NCBI GenBank assembly: GCA_013265495.1
Contig: MU058213.1
Span: 2,480,001-2,544,000, forward strand
Direction: 5' to 3'
DNA from: Vicugna vicugna
Lineage: Eukaryota
Length of the DNA: 64,000 bases
Of this stretch, positions 1 through 12,695 are shown piece after piece. The notes beneath the pieces are model-generated. The model saw only the letters and a program-made list of their open reading frames with translations. It did not search any database and was not told the origin of the DNA. Each line of letters starts with the position of its first letter. Position 1 is the stretch's first letter. The position numbers and the translations under genes were made by a program.

Positions 1-487
1 ATCTTCAAAATTAAATACCTTATCTTCATAATACATCCAGAATCTAACCACTTTTCACCACCTCCATGCTCCGCCTGGTCTGAGCCACCATCATTGCTCA
101 CATGGATTACTTTGTAACTTACTAATAGAGCTCAGTGCTTCTGCCCTGCAACCTGTGTCTGCTCTCAACAAAGCAGCAAGAATGATTCTTTTAGAAAGTA
201 AGTCAGATCACATCTCTTTTGCATGTAATGGTCTTAATTCCCTTCATTTCAGTCAAATTCAAAGTCCTTTCAATGGCCTGTAAGACACAGGATCTTCCCA
301 TATTGCATCTTCCACCCGACTTACTCTGTTACTCCATCCTTTATACACATCATCATGTGAGTGGAGAGCCAAGTAAGCGCTTGCCCACAGGAAAGTAACA
401 TGAACAGTGCTGTGCCTGGTCCCCATCACAGTGCCTGGATCATAGGAGGTGCTCAAAAATGAATTTGTGGAATGAATTGAATAAATC
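1..487 (+). mobile_element. L2 LINE 3' fragment
   Basis: L2-like body (ccagaatctaaccacttttcaccacctcc; cacagtgcctgg) ending in a gaatgaattgaat tail. Confidence 0.7.
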
Positions 488-939
488 AATAAGCAATAAC
501 TTTTCTCAAACAATATAAGAATTTATTGGCATATTTAACTTCTTATAAACAAGACTGAAAGAGGTGCCCTGTTTTGTGGTAGACTCTTCAGTGCTTGCCT
601 CCTGCAGTTGTACTGGGTTGTGTCACAGGGTCCTGGACGAGATGTAGGAGGAGATGATGAAAGGCACATCTAGTCACAACTCTTAAAAACATCCTAGAGT
701 ATCTTCCTGCTCTCTCTCCTGCTGCAGTAACCTGGAGGGACATTCCAGATGATGTAGCTACCAGGTTGGGGAGGGCTATCCAGCCAGCTACGAACTTTAG
801 ATATTTAAGAAGTAATCTATTACTGCATTCACTCATGGAGATTTGGAGATAAATTTCTTGCCACAGCAAACTTGGCTTATTTTGACTAATAGACCTTCAA
901 ATCCATTTCCAATTTGCCACCCAAACTATCTACTTAAAA

Positions 940-1420
940 TACATCTGTGTTCAGATGACTGTCCTGTCTGTAATCCCTGTTCACTCATGGCATTAAGTCC
1001 AAAGTCTTTGCTGTTATCCAAAGGCTGGCTAAGATGTGAGCTCTATCTTTCCTTATTTCAAGTTAATTTCTACCTTGCTTTCTATGATCCAGGACACTAA
1101 ACTCCATGATGCCTTCATCAGCATTATCTTGAACTACCTGGATTTGCTTCCCCCGCCCCAAACCCCATCATTACTAATTCTGTCTCATCTGACCTTTCCT
1201 TCAGAAAGCCTCTAGGACCTGTCTTAGCTGAATTAGGTGTTCCTGCTTTCTGCCCTCACAATACCCTCACAAATGTGTCACCACCAGCACACTTATCATG
1301 CTGAATTTATTTGGCATATAATATGTTTGTCTGGCTTGTCGTCCCCACTAGACTGCGTGTTTCATCTTGTAGCCCCAGTGCTCAGTGCTGTGCCTGACAG
1401 AGTACAGTGATAAAGTAATT
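940..1420 (+). mobile_element. Degenerate L2 fragment
   Basis: ccccactagactg and gctcagtgctgtgcctgacag resemble the L2 3' end. Confidence 0.45.
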
Positions 1421-1504
1421 AATTAACAAGAAACAAATTTTATAAAAGAAGCACTCTGTTACTTGGTTATTTATAGTCTGTTTCAGTGACTCCACTTCCA
1501 AGTC

Positions 1505-1620
1505 TGTGGTCAAGAACATGATCGCTGATATCAAAACCCCTGAGTTCAAGTCCCACCTCTCCTGCTCATCATTAGTTTTGTGACCTTTGATGGGCTAGTC
1601 AGCCTCAGTTTCTTTATCAA
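1505..1620 (+). mobile_element. MIR SINE fragment
   Basis: gagttcaagtcccacctct...tgtgaccttt...gcctcagtttc MIR core. Confidence 0.6.
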
Positions 1621-3262
1621 GACATGCTTTTAGTATTCATGCCATGGACGCTCTGAGTTCTCTCTAGATAATGTAGTGCCTGAAACCAAAAAAAAAAAAA
1701 AAAAAGAATTTCAGGGTTGTTAGACACAGTATAATTCTGATTATTTAAATATGGAAGCATGTTTTCTTTCTCCAGAGGGGTTTTGAAGAACCATGTAAAA
1801 ATAGTCCTCAGAATAAAAATGAAAAACGGATTTGAGAAAAAAGTTGACGTTGTTGCAGTTAGAAGAAATAGATAGAACTGTGGTCTGCAGAGGCCAGCTG
1901 CCACTCACGGAGCAGCGTTTACCTGGGCTGAATCACCAGGCCTGTGTTTGTCCTTCAGTTTAGCATAAATCAGAGCACAGGTGTGGCAGTGTGGACCATA
2001 AGTGACTGATCTCCTGCTTAAAGACACATGAGAGACCAATCTATAAACTAACTCAGTGATCAAATTGTATTTTATTAATAATGAGTTTAAGAATCGTCTC
2101 ATATGTTTATTAGCCTTTTGAGTAACTTTTTTTTTATAAAAAATGCCTCTTCATATCTTATACCTATTATTTAAAATAGAATCTGTCTTCTGGTTGCTAT
2201 TCTGGAGTTATTTCATTCTTTGTCAGCTTTTGGCATTGCAGAGATTTTTCACAATCTGTCTGTGTTTCTTTATCTTCGTCACAGTGTACATTTAAAAAAA
2301 TTTTCTGTTTTAATATAATCAAATTGACCAGTTTTTTTGATTAAAATTTGAGCTTTGGAGTATTAAAAAGTCTTTCCCACTCACCCTCAAGTAGAGGGTC
2401 TCCTTATGTGGAATTGAACAGAATGGGTGTGTTCTAGCTTGGTAATAATGTAGATCAGGAGGAGATGAGATTGTGAAATGGTGATAAAGGAATAGATGGA
2501 ACAATGGATGGACAGGCAAGACAGATGGATATATGAAAGGTGCAAGGTCAAGATACGTGTATTTAAGATTCCAATATTTCCCCTACCTCAAGTAAAAAAA
2601 AAAATAAAGAGTAAGTTAAGCCTACATTTCTGGAGCAAAATATTCTGTTTTTGTGTATATGGAATCTAGTACCTAATCTTCATAAAACCTTTCAATTGAT
2701 ATGAATTTGGCATCTAGCAAGTATAGAACTGGATTAGATGTATTATTGATTTATTATTATCATTACCTGCTTCACATGGTCATACACAGTGATAGGAATG
2801 GTGACTCCTGAAACTGCATAAGGTTGTAGACGTGGAACCACCCTGGTAGAGTCTAGAAGTAGAACCAATATTCATTATGTAATTTTTGTTTTGTTGTGTT
2901 CCCACTATAGAAACCTTTGTTCTTAAAGATGTACTTCATTCACAAATAATGACAGGCAAAAACAAATTAATCTATGATGTGCTTCTTGGTATTTTTTTAA
3001 ATCTTTAATTAAAGTGTTTAAAATGTGCTGTTTCATTGAAGGTTATACATGGAGTCGAGTCATGTCACTTATAATTTATTTTTTCACACTGTGACTTTTA
3101 TAATTACTTGGGAAATTAATGGGTCTTGAATCTGCTGCTTTTAAAATATAGTTGTGGAGTCAGATGGGCATTCCAGTAAATCAAATTACTCCAAATTCAT
3201 GAAAAGTACAGCAAACATAAATATGGAAACATACATTTTCTTATACTTGCTTGTGTCTAGTT

Positions 3263-4735
3263 CAGTGTTTCCCAGACTTCCCTAATCCTAAGAATCACCT
3301 GGGGGCTTGACCACCTCAGACCCAATAAAATAGGGTATCAGTGAAGAATCCCAGAAATTCATATTTTTGCTAAAAACATTTTTTTTACTGAGTTACAGTC
3401 ATTTTACAATGTTGTGTCAAATGCCAGTGTAGAACACAATTTTTCAGTTATACAGTGAACATACATATATTCATTGTCACTTTCTCTTTCACTGTGAGCC
3501 ACCACAAGATCCTGAATTTATTTCCCTGTGCTACACAGTACAATCTTGTTTATCTATTCTACATTTTGAAATCCTGTCTATCTCTTCCCACTCCCCGTCC
3601 CCCTGGCAACCACAAGTTTGTGTTCTATGTCTATGAGTCTGTTTCTGTTTTGTATGTGTTTATTTATTTATTTATTTTTAGATTCTGCATATGAGCGATC
3701 CTATATGGTATTTTTCTTTCTCTTTCTGGCTTACTTCACTTAGAATGACATTCGCCAGGAACATCCATGTTGCTGCAAATGGCGTTATGTTGTTGGTTTT
3801 TATGGCTGAATAGTATTCCATTGTATAAATATACCACCTCTTCTTTATCCAGTCATCTGTTGATGGACATTTAGACTGTTTCCATGTCTTGGCTATTGTA
3901 AATAGTGCTGCTATGAATATTGGGGTGCAGGTGTCATCCTGAAGTAGGGTTCCTTCTGGATATATGCCCAGGAGCGGGATTCCTGGGTCACATGGTAAGT
4001 CTATTCCTAGTCTTTTGAGGAATCTCCATACTGTTTTCCACAGTGGCTGCACCAAACTGCATTCCCACCAGCAGTGTGGGAGGGTTCCCCTTTCTCCACA
4101 GCGTCTCCAGCATTTGTCATTTGTGGACTTTTGAACGATGGCCATTCTGACTGGTGTGAGGTGATACCTCCTTGTAGTTTTGATTTGCATTTGTCTGATA
4201 ATTAGTGATATTGAGCATTTTTTCATGTGCCTATTGATCATTTGTATGTCTTCCTTGGAGAATTGCTTGTTTAGGTCTTCTGCCCATGTTTGGATTGGGT
4301 TGTTTGTTTTTTTCTTATTAAGTCGTATGAGCTGCTTATATATTTCTGGAGATCAAGCCTTTGTCGGTTTCATTTGCAAAAATTTTCTCACATTCTGTAG
4401 GTTGTCTTTTTGTTTTACTTATGGTTTCCTTTGCTGTGCAGAAGCTTGTAAGTTTAATTAGGTCCCATTTATTTATTCTTGCTTTTATTTATATTTCTTG
4501 GGTAGACTGCCCTAGAAGAGCATTTTTGAGATTGTATGTCAGATAATGTTTTGCCTATATTTTCTTCTAGGAGGTTTATTGTATCTTGTCTTATGTTTAA
4601 GTCTTTGATCCATTTTGAGTTGATTTTTGTGTATGGCGTAAGGGAGTGTTTTAGCTTCATTGATTTACATGCTGCTGCCCAGAAATTCATGTTTTTGACA
4701 AGTTCTTCAAGTGATTATTTGACATTAGGCAACTA
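3263..4735. mobile_element. MER5-like hAT DNA transposon split by the L1 insertion at 3370-4677
   Basis: cagtgtttcccagac...agaatcacctggggg on the left of the L1 and acaagttcttcaagtgatt on the right. Confidence 0.5.
3370..4677 (-). mobile_element. Young 5'-truncated L1 (ORF2 C-terminus and 3'UTR)
   Basis: ORFs 3678-4241 ([21 protein letters not shown]) and 4469-4690 are L1 ORF2p C-terminal sequence. TSD cccagaaattcat[a/g]tttttg at 3350-3369 and 4678-4697. Confidence 0.95.
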
Positions 4736-5730
4736 TTAAATAAAATAAAATTTTCTCACTAGCTCTGATTTTATTTTTTCTTTAGATTCATTTTCTTTTT
4801 GAAAAGTGTCTAGAGAAAAATAAAGTAAACTTCAATTGAAAATTAAATTATAAAAAGAGCTGTAGTATGTAAGAAATCTGCTTAAGGGATATTTTTGCCT
4901 AAAAGTTTGTATTAGTTTTTATGGCTTAGATTGCTCTTTCCCAGCTGCCCAGAATTTATAGAATTCTTATAATTCCTTTTCAAGTGAAAAAAAAATTAAA
5001 TGTTAGTGATATTACTGAATCATTAGTAAAATAATATAACAATTAAGATCATAGAAGAGACAATATTGTGAAACAGATTGTAAACCCCACCAGAGTAGGA
5101 ATTTTGTCTCTCTTGCTCACCAATGAATTCTTCATATGAAGTATAGCATTAATATATAATAGATATTCCAAAAAAAACTGGGTGTAATAGTTGTGTTTTT
5201 TGTTTATAATACATGTAACTAAAACTATCAGGCTTTTGTTTCAATGTATGGCTCTACTACTGACTAACTAGACTTAGCAGAACAACCATTCATTAATCAG
5301 TTTTACTCATCTCTAAAATAAGCATAGTGATACTTTACCTCTCTATTCCAGAACCCAGCAAACTTTAGTCATTATGTGTCTGTGAATGAATGACTTTTAA
5401 ATCCTTAAAATCCAAAAGAGGTATGTTTGGAGGTATCTAGAAAATTAGAAAACAGTGCAGAAACATAATTAAAAGAAATACACTAACGGTAGAACTCAAG
5501 TCCATGTATCATCATCCACTCAGTGATTTTACTGAAATGCAGACTTTGGATAGAAAGGCAAATGAGAAATTCTTAAGGAGGAGGTAAGGAACTCTGGGCC
5601 ATCTAGAAGGACACTTACCATAGTAATGTTTGATGTATTTTAAGAAATCAGTATATGCCACCTTCCAGGAAACATTGGTACTATTGTCCTCACTGATTTA
5701 ACTTTATGTATGTTCTTTGTTTATAAGGGC

Positions 5731-5768
5731 TGTGTGTGTGTGTGTATGTATATTTGAGTGTGTATGCA

Positions 5769-5803
<35 letters not shown>
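5731..5803. repeat. Compound (TG)n/(AT)n microsatellite
   Basis: (TG)7 at 5731-5744 and ~16 AT units at 5772-5803. Confidence 0.9.
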
Positions 5804-5805
<2 letters not shown>

Positions 5806-6499
5806 TTAGAGGCAGGATATACTCTCCTAATATTTTTTATCTTATTAATTGTTTTTGGATCATAATCATCAACAATAAACTCCTGAACAAAATGTTACAT
5901 TAATAAACTGGGATATAATGTATTGATAAGACACTCTTTGTTAAAAGATTTTTATATTTTAGCAGCAGTTTCCTTTTAAAGTTCCTAATCTTCAGAACAA
6001 TGTCAAATGATTGGCATAAAACCAAAACATAATAAATTATCAATTATACTAACTTCTAGAATACATATATAATTTAACCATCACCCATAACTAGTGTCAA
6101 TACACGTTCTGTAATACATTGTCAGTAAAGGCAAAATAGACTGTTACAATCTGGTAATCCAATTTCGGTCACTATCTACAGAACAAGTTAAAGGATAATG
6201 GAATCTCGCAAAGAAATGAATTGGTCCCTTTCTCCACATCCTTGCTGCATTTTATTTTCCTCAAATGTGCTATGTGGATCTCCACAGAGAGGTTCAGTTT
6301 CCTTACTGTTTTTTGAAATACCTTATTAAAATTCAGGTTTTATTCACTTTGAGTGCTTTTAAAATTTTGTCGAAAAAATTTAGCTTTGAGTTTCTTATTG
6401 TGGCAGTGATAAAAGTGGCCAAAGGGAAGCATTCCAGATCATATGGAAGATTGGTTCTAAGTTCTCTGTCCCACTCAGGGAAAAAGATTTAGAAGTCAT

Positions 6500-6780
6500 A
6501 TATTCATTTACAAATATACAGTAACTAAAATTTGTTGAGTTCTTGTTATGTCCCAGGCACTGTTAGAATAAGGAAAAGAGCAGTAACAAGAATAAGGGAA
6601 AGAGCAATGAACAGTCGTCCTCATGGGGCTCACAGTCTAGCCACAGAGGGAGACATTAAAAAAATTACTACACCAATAACTACAATATATTGTCAGTGGC
6701 TGAGAAGGCAAAGTACAGTGTGCTCTTGGAATATATAACAGAAGGAACCATCTAGTCTTGGATGTAGGAAAGAGTACAGC
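6500..6780 (-). mobile_element. L2 3' fragment
   Basis: attcattta...ttgagttcttgttatgtcccaggcactg...cctcatggggctcacagtctag. Confidence 0.6.
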
Positions 6781-7074
6781 TTATAATAATATGATTTCTG
6801 GAAATCCATCACAGAGTATCCTTTCCTGAAGGTGTTAATTCTGGAGGTATATATCCAGAAACAGCAGGGAAGTGTTACACAACTGAAATAAATAAATAAA
6901 AGGTTCTCTCAATCTTTGCTCAGAATCATGGTATGGTAGGCAGTGTCGGGAATCCCGTAAGATGTTTTATTTTTTATCTCAGCAAAAGAGGTGAAGTAGG
7001 TCTACTTTTGCTGAGTGTCAGTTACCTTCCTCTACTGAAACTGTCTTAACTAGGTCACCTAGACTTTGCCTAAA

Positions 7075-7480
7075 CCAGTGGTCAATTCTCTGGCCTCATT
7101 TTACTCAGCCTCTCAGTAATGTTTGTTACTACTCCATCTCTCCTGAAATCCTCTTCTCTAAGTGTTTTTTTTTTCCACTTTTTTTTAACATTTTTAATTG
7201 AGTTATGGTCATTTTACAATGTTGTGTCAAATTCCAGTGTAGAGCACAATTTTTCAGTTATACATGAACATACATATATTCATTGTCACATTTATTTTTC
7301 ACTGTGACTCTTCTCTAACTGTTTGATAACCATTTTTATTTGTTTTCCTCCAACCCCACTAGCTGCTCCATTTTGAACTTTTTAAGCAAACCCCCTCCTC
7401 TGTCAGGCCTTTGAGTGCTGGAGGCCCCAGGGCTGTGTTCTTGACTCTTACTCTAGCCATACTTGAGTGAATCAGTCCAG
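7075..7480 (+). mobile_element. L2 fragment interrupted by a short L1
   Basis: cagtggtcaattctctggcctcattttactcagcctctcag resembles L2 ORF2 sequence. Confidence 0.55.
7168..7307 (-). mobile_element. Very short (~140 bp) L1 3'-end insertion
   Basis: Near-identical to the 3' ends at 3370 and 13470. TSD ctcttctctaa[g/c]tgttt at 7151-7167 and 7308-7324. Confidence 0.9.
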
Positions 7481-7769
7481 TGCTTCAAACACAAGGCAGT
7501 CTCATAAAAACTTGGAATCACATCAGCCTGTTGGAAAAGAGGGCTTGTGTGTGGGCTAGGATGAAGGAGCTAGACCCCTTTTTTTCAGTACTGGAAATAG
7601 TTGTCACAAATCCTAGAGAATAATAGGTGGCCCTGCTTGCCTCACGTCAACAAGGAATCGTGTTGCACTTTGGCAAGAGGTGGGCTTGTCTTAGGCAAAA
7701 ATGAAGTTTTGAAATAACATGTACCTGCATTGTACATGTAGAACCGTGTCCCCACCATCAACTTAGGAA

Positions 7770-7895
7770 GATACTGAGTCTTGGGCAAGCTATTTAATTC
7801 CTCTAAGACTTAATTTCTTCATTTGGCAAGAGGAGTAACAAAAATTACCTCATAGGAGCGCTGTGAGGATTAAATGTGGTAGTGCTTTGTGAATC
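7770..7895 (+). mobile_element. MIR SINE fragment
   Basis: cttgggcaagctatttaa...tacctcatagg...gtgaggattaaatg. Confidence 0.65.
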
Positions 7896-8965
7896 ACCTT
7901 ACTTATAGGTATTCAGAAGGCATTCCTTTTCTTTTTTTTTATTATAGTCCTTTTTTATTGAGATATAATAGGCATAAACATTATATTAGTGTTAAGTTTG
8001 TAACATGATTCAGTATTTGTATGTATTGGGAAACGATCACCACAGTAAGTTCAGTTAACATCTGTCACCATAAAGAGTTACACAAATGTTTTTTCCTGTA
8101 ATGAGGACTTTTAAGACCTATTCTCTTAGCAACAATACAATACAGTATTATTAATTATAGTGACTGTGTGGTGCATTACATCCCCATGACTTACTTATTT
8201 TATAATTGAAAGTTTAAAACTTTTGACCCCCATCACCTATTTCACCCACACCCTCGCTCTCCGCCTCTGGCAACTAGTCATCTATCCTCTGTATCTATAA
8301 GCTTGTTTTTGCTTTTGGATTCCATGTTTGAATGAACTCACACAGTATTTCTTTGTGTGTCAGACTTACTTCACTCAGCACCCTCTCAGGGTCCATTCAT
8401 GTTGTTATAAATGGCAATTCTTTTTCATAGCTGGATATATTACATTAAGAGTGTGTGTGTGTGTGTATGCACATATATGTATGTATGTGTGCATCTATGT
8501 ATCTCTCTCACATCTTCTTTATCGCTTCATCCACTGATGGGTGTTTAGGTTGTTTCCAATCTTGGCAATTGTAGCTAATGCTGCAGTGAACATGGGTGTA
8601 CCTACAGCTTTTCAAATTAGCATTTTTGATGGTTCTAGGGGATAAATACTCGTAAGTGGAATTGCTGGGTCATATAGTAATTCTAGCTTATTTTTTTGAG
8701 ATAACTCCATACAGTTTTGCATAGTGGTAACACCAGTGTACATTCTCACGAACAGTAAGCAAGGGTTCCCTTTGCTCCACACCTGCACCAATGCTTGTTA
8801 TATCTTGTCTTTTTGATAATAGCCATACCAATAGGGACGAGGTGATCTCATTGTGGTCTTGATTTGCATTTCCCAAGTGATTAGTAATGCTGAGCATCCT
8901 ATCATGTACCTGTTGACCATCTCTATGTATTTGAAAAATGTCTATTCATATCTTCTCCAATTTTT

Positions 8966-9054
8966 AAAATAATTTTTAATGGAGGTACTAGGGATTGAAA
9001 CCAGGACCTCATGCATGCTAAGCATGCACTCCACCACTGAGCTATTACCCTCCC
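8966..9054 (-). mobile_element. tRNA-derived camelid SINE (vic-1-like), nested in L1
   Basis: Reverse complement gggagggtaatagctcagtggtggagtgcatgcttagcatgcatgaggtcctggtttcaatcc with A/B-box-like motifs. Flanks cttctccaattttt and cttctgcccattttt resemble a TSD. Confidence 0.85.
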
Positions 9055-9128
9055 TGCTTCTGCCCATTTTTTTCAAGAATTCTTTGCTTGTTTGTTTTTG
9101 CTATTGAGTTATGTGAATTCTTTATATA

Positions 9129-9560
9129 CAGGCGTACCTCATTTTACTGCACTTCACAGATGTTACTTTTTTTTTTTTGACAAATGGAAGGTCTGTGGCC
9201 ACAGTGCATTAAGCAAGTTGTATCAACACTATTTTTCCAACCACATTTGTCCTGCCTCTGTGTTGCATTTTGGTAATTCTAGCAATGTTACAAACTTTTT
9301 CAAGGTGAGACCCTTTACCAGCAAAAAGATTACAGCTCTCTAAAGGCTCGCATTAGCATTTTTTAGGAATAAAATATTATTAATTAAGGTATATATGTTT
9401 TTTAGACACAATGCTATTGCACACATTACAGACTACAGTATAGTGTAGACATAACTTATATGCACTGAGAAACCAAAAACTATGTGACTTGCTTTATTGC
9501 AATATTCCCTTTATTGTGGTGGTCTGGAACTGAACCTGCAATATCTACAAGCTATGCCTG
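9129..9560 (+). mobile_element. Internally deleted Tigger1-type (TcMar) DNA transposon nested in L1
   Basis: Ends CAGGCGTACCTC and GCTATGCCTG (Tigger1 terminal inverted repeats, TIRs), flanked by TA on both sides (9127-9128, 9561-9562). Confidence 0.85.
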
Positions 9561-12197
9561 TATTTGGACTTTAACCCTTTATCAAGTATATGATTTTTTA
9601 AGAATTTTCTCCCATTCAGTAGGTTGCCTTTTCGTTTTGTTGATGGTTTCCTTTGCTGTGCAGAAGCTTTTCAGTTTGATGTAGTCCCATTTGTTTATTT
9701 TTGCTTTTGTTGCCTTTCCCTTTGGTGTCAAATCCAAAACATCTTCACCAAGACTGATGTCAAAAAGCTTACTGCCTGTATTTTCTACTAGGAATTTTTG
9801 GGTTTCAGGTCTTAGATTCAAATATTTAGTTCATTTGGGCTAATATTTGTGTATGGTGTAAGATACTGGTCCAGGCTCATTCTTTTGCATGTGGCTGTCC
9901 AGTTTTCCCACCATTTCTTATTGAGAAGACTGTGTTTTCCCCATTGTATAATCTTTGCTCCTTTGTCATAGATTAACTGACCATATATGTGTGAGTGTGT
10001 TTTCTGGCTTCTCTAGTCCATTGATGTATGTGTCTGTTTTTATGTCAGTACCATACTGTTTTGACTAGTGTAGCTTTATGATATTGTTTGAAATCAGGAA
10101 CCATGATACCACCAGCTTTGTTCTTTTTTTTAAATCAAGATTGCTTTGGCTGTTCAGCGTTGTTTGTGACTCCATATAAATTTTAGGATTCTTTGTTCTA
10201 TTTCTGTGAAAAATGCCATTGGAATTTTGATAGAGATTGCAATGAATCTGTAGCTTGCTTTGGGTAGTGTGGACACTTGACCAATATTGATTCTTCCAAT
10301 CCATGAGCACACAATATCTTTCCATTTCTTTGTGTCTTCTTCAATTTCTCTATCATCACTGTGTTGTGATTTCCAGCATACAGTTCTTTTGCCTTCTTAG
10401 CTGAATTTATTTCAAAATACTTTATTCTTGAGCAGTTTTACATGGAAGTGTTTTAAAAATTTCTCTTTTTGATAGTTCATTATTAATGTGCAGAAATGCC
10501 ACAGATTTTTGTATATTAATTTTGCATCCTGACGCTTTATTGAATTTATTTATTCTAACAATTTTTTGGTGGAGTCTCTTAGAGTTTTCTATATATAACT
10601 TTATGTCATCTGCAAATAGTGCAGTTTTACTTCTTTTAAATTTGGATGCCTTTTATTTCTTTTTCTTGCCTAATTGTTTTGCTAGAACTTCCAATACTAT
10701 GTTGAGTAAAAGTGGTAGGAGTGGTCATCCTTGTCATATTCCTGATCTAAGAGGAAAAGCCTTCAGCTTTTCAGCACTGAGTATGATGTTAGCTGTGGGT
10801 TTGTCGTCAATGGCCTTTATCATTTTGAGGTGCATTCCCTCTATGCCCACTTTGTTGAGGCTTTTTATCATAAATGCATGTTGAAGTTTTTCAAATGTTT
10901 TCTTCTTAATCTATTGAGATGACAGGATAAGGTTTATCATTTATTTTGTTAATGTGGTATATCATGTTGTTTGATTTGGGAATATTGAAACATACTTGCA
11001 TCCCTGGAATAAATTCCACTTGTTTGTGGTGTATGATCATTTTAATGTAGTGTTGGATTCAGTTTACTAATATTTTATTGAGGTTTTTGCATCAATTTTT
11101 GTTCAGGTGTATTTGCCTACAATTTTCTTGTGATGTAAGTATGGGGGTATGTTTCAGTCTTGTATCTTTGCTATGCAGTGCAAGAGTGGTAGCCTGCCAA
11201 GAACTGTTTTTCCAAATGGTACAGTCCCATGAGCCCCACAAATGCAATTTCCCCTGGCCTCCAGAGCCGGGTGATCAAGGAACATCCCCTGGGCTACAGC
11301 CTTAAAAACCAGGATGCCAGATATGTATAACAGTTCCCCTTAGGGAGATATTGGCACTGTGGTGCATGGTAGGTGAGGAGTGTAAGGATGGCACCTGCTT
11401 CAGTAAGAGAAAATAAGGGTCTAGGGTAATATAATAAAATAAAGATGGTATCCACCAGCTTTAGCAAGGCAGGGGGAGAGCACAAAGATGGTGTCCCACC
11501 CATTGGAGGATAAAGATGACACCCACTGAAAAAAAAATGGTGCCCACTGGCTTTAGCAAGGGAGAGGGAGAGTATGCAAGGGCCAGCCGCCAGCACCTCC
11601 ATTCCCAGATAGTATCCCAGCAGTCCCCTGACACTCTGAGATTAGCAAGTGAATCTCTTCGACATAAAGTCTTGATGTTTTTCAAAGGCTGCCTACGTGC
11701 TGGACTTTGGGGTGAATGAGTCTGTACAGAAAAAGTCTTTAACAGTCATTTCTCAATTTGCTGCAGCCCTTTGCATCTCATGGACCTGAGCCCTGTTGGT
11801 TTTCAAAACCAGATATTTGGGAGGACTCATCTCTCAGGTGCAGGTCTTAAAAGTTGAGGTACCTGATACAGGATACAAACCCTTCACTCCTCAGGGAGAA
11901 GTTCTGGGTTTGTGAGTTCCTCCTAATTTGAGGTCACTGAACTGGGGATTGTGTTTTTAGTGAGATTGTATCCCAGCCTTTCCTGCCTGCCCCAATATGA
12001 TCTTTTTCTCTTTTGCCAATGTGAAGGAGCTGTTCTGGCAGTTTCCAGGTCTTTTTCAGAGAAAATTGTTTCATTCATAGTTGTAGATTCAGTGTATCCA
12101 TGAGAGAAGGTGATTTCAGGATCTTCCTAGATCACTACCTTGGTCAGCTCTTAGGTCTTCCTTTGTTTTTGCTTTTGTTTTTTTAATTCTATCAGCA

Positions 12198-12416
12198 GAG
12201 TTGACCCTTGAACAACACGGGTTTAAACTGCATAGGTTCACTTATACACTGATTTCTTTTTCAATAAATACATAGTGCAGTACTACAGGATCCACAGTTG
12301 GTTAATCCGTAAATGCAAAACTGTGGCTAGGAGGGCTGACTGTGAAGTTACAGGAGGATTTTTGACTGTGCAGGGGGTAGGTGCCCCAAACCCCTGTGTT
12401 GTTCAAGGGTCAACTA
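12198..12416 (+). mobile_element. Tigger2a/MER28-like non-autonomous DNA transposon
   Basis: Perfect 20-bp TIR AGTTGACCCTTGAACAACAC (12199-12218) and GTGTTGTTCAAGGGTCAACT (12396-12415). Confidence 0.88.
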
Positions 12417-12695
12417 TACATGCAGTTCTTCCTGTACTGAATGTACTGCTGGGGACGGGAGTCTGTGCTGTATGTAGTACCATGCACTGAAGCACAGTCG
12501 TTGGTTCATTGCCTCTTTTACTCAGTCTGACTGCACGAAGCACTGTAAAAAAGATTCTTGTTTTCTGACGGTTTCTATAACATACCATTTTGTAAATTTT
12601 TTTAATGAAATACTAAATTTGAAAATAGTTGTTAAGCTCAGTTTTAAGAGTAAGGAGTTTTTTTTTCTCTTTTAAGCTCATTATCTAAAATTCTA

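Larger units (their letters stand above)
7930..12150 (-). mobile_element. Older L1 with its 5'UTR joined directly to the RT region of ORF2 (internal deletion), carrying a nested SINE and Tigger1
   Basis: T-rich tail at ~7930; ORF2 remnants (9582-9821 [25 protein letters not shown]) running to ~11135; then 5'UTR-like sequence to ~12150 that is homologous to 41800-42160. Confidence 0.85.

Noticed and set aside
3678..4241. 187-aa ORF as a host gene
   Set aside because: It is the C-terminus of L1 ORF2p in a 5'-truncated, TSD-flanked insertion.
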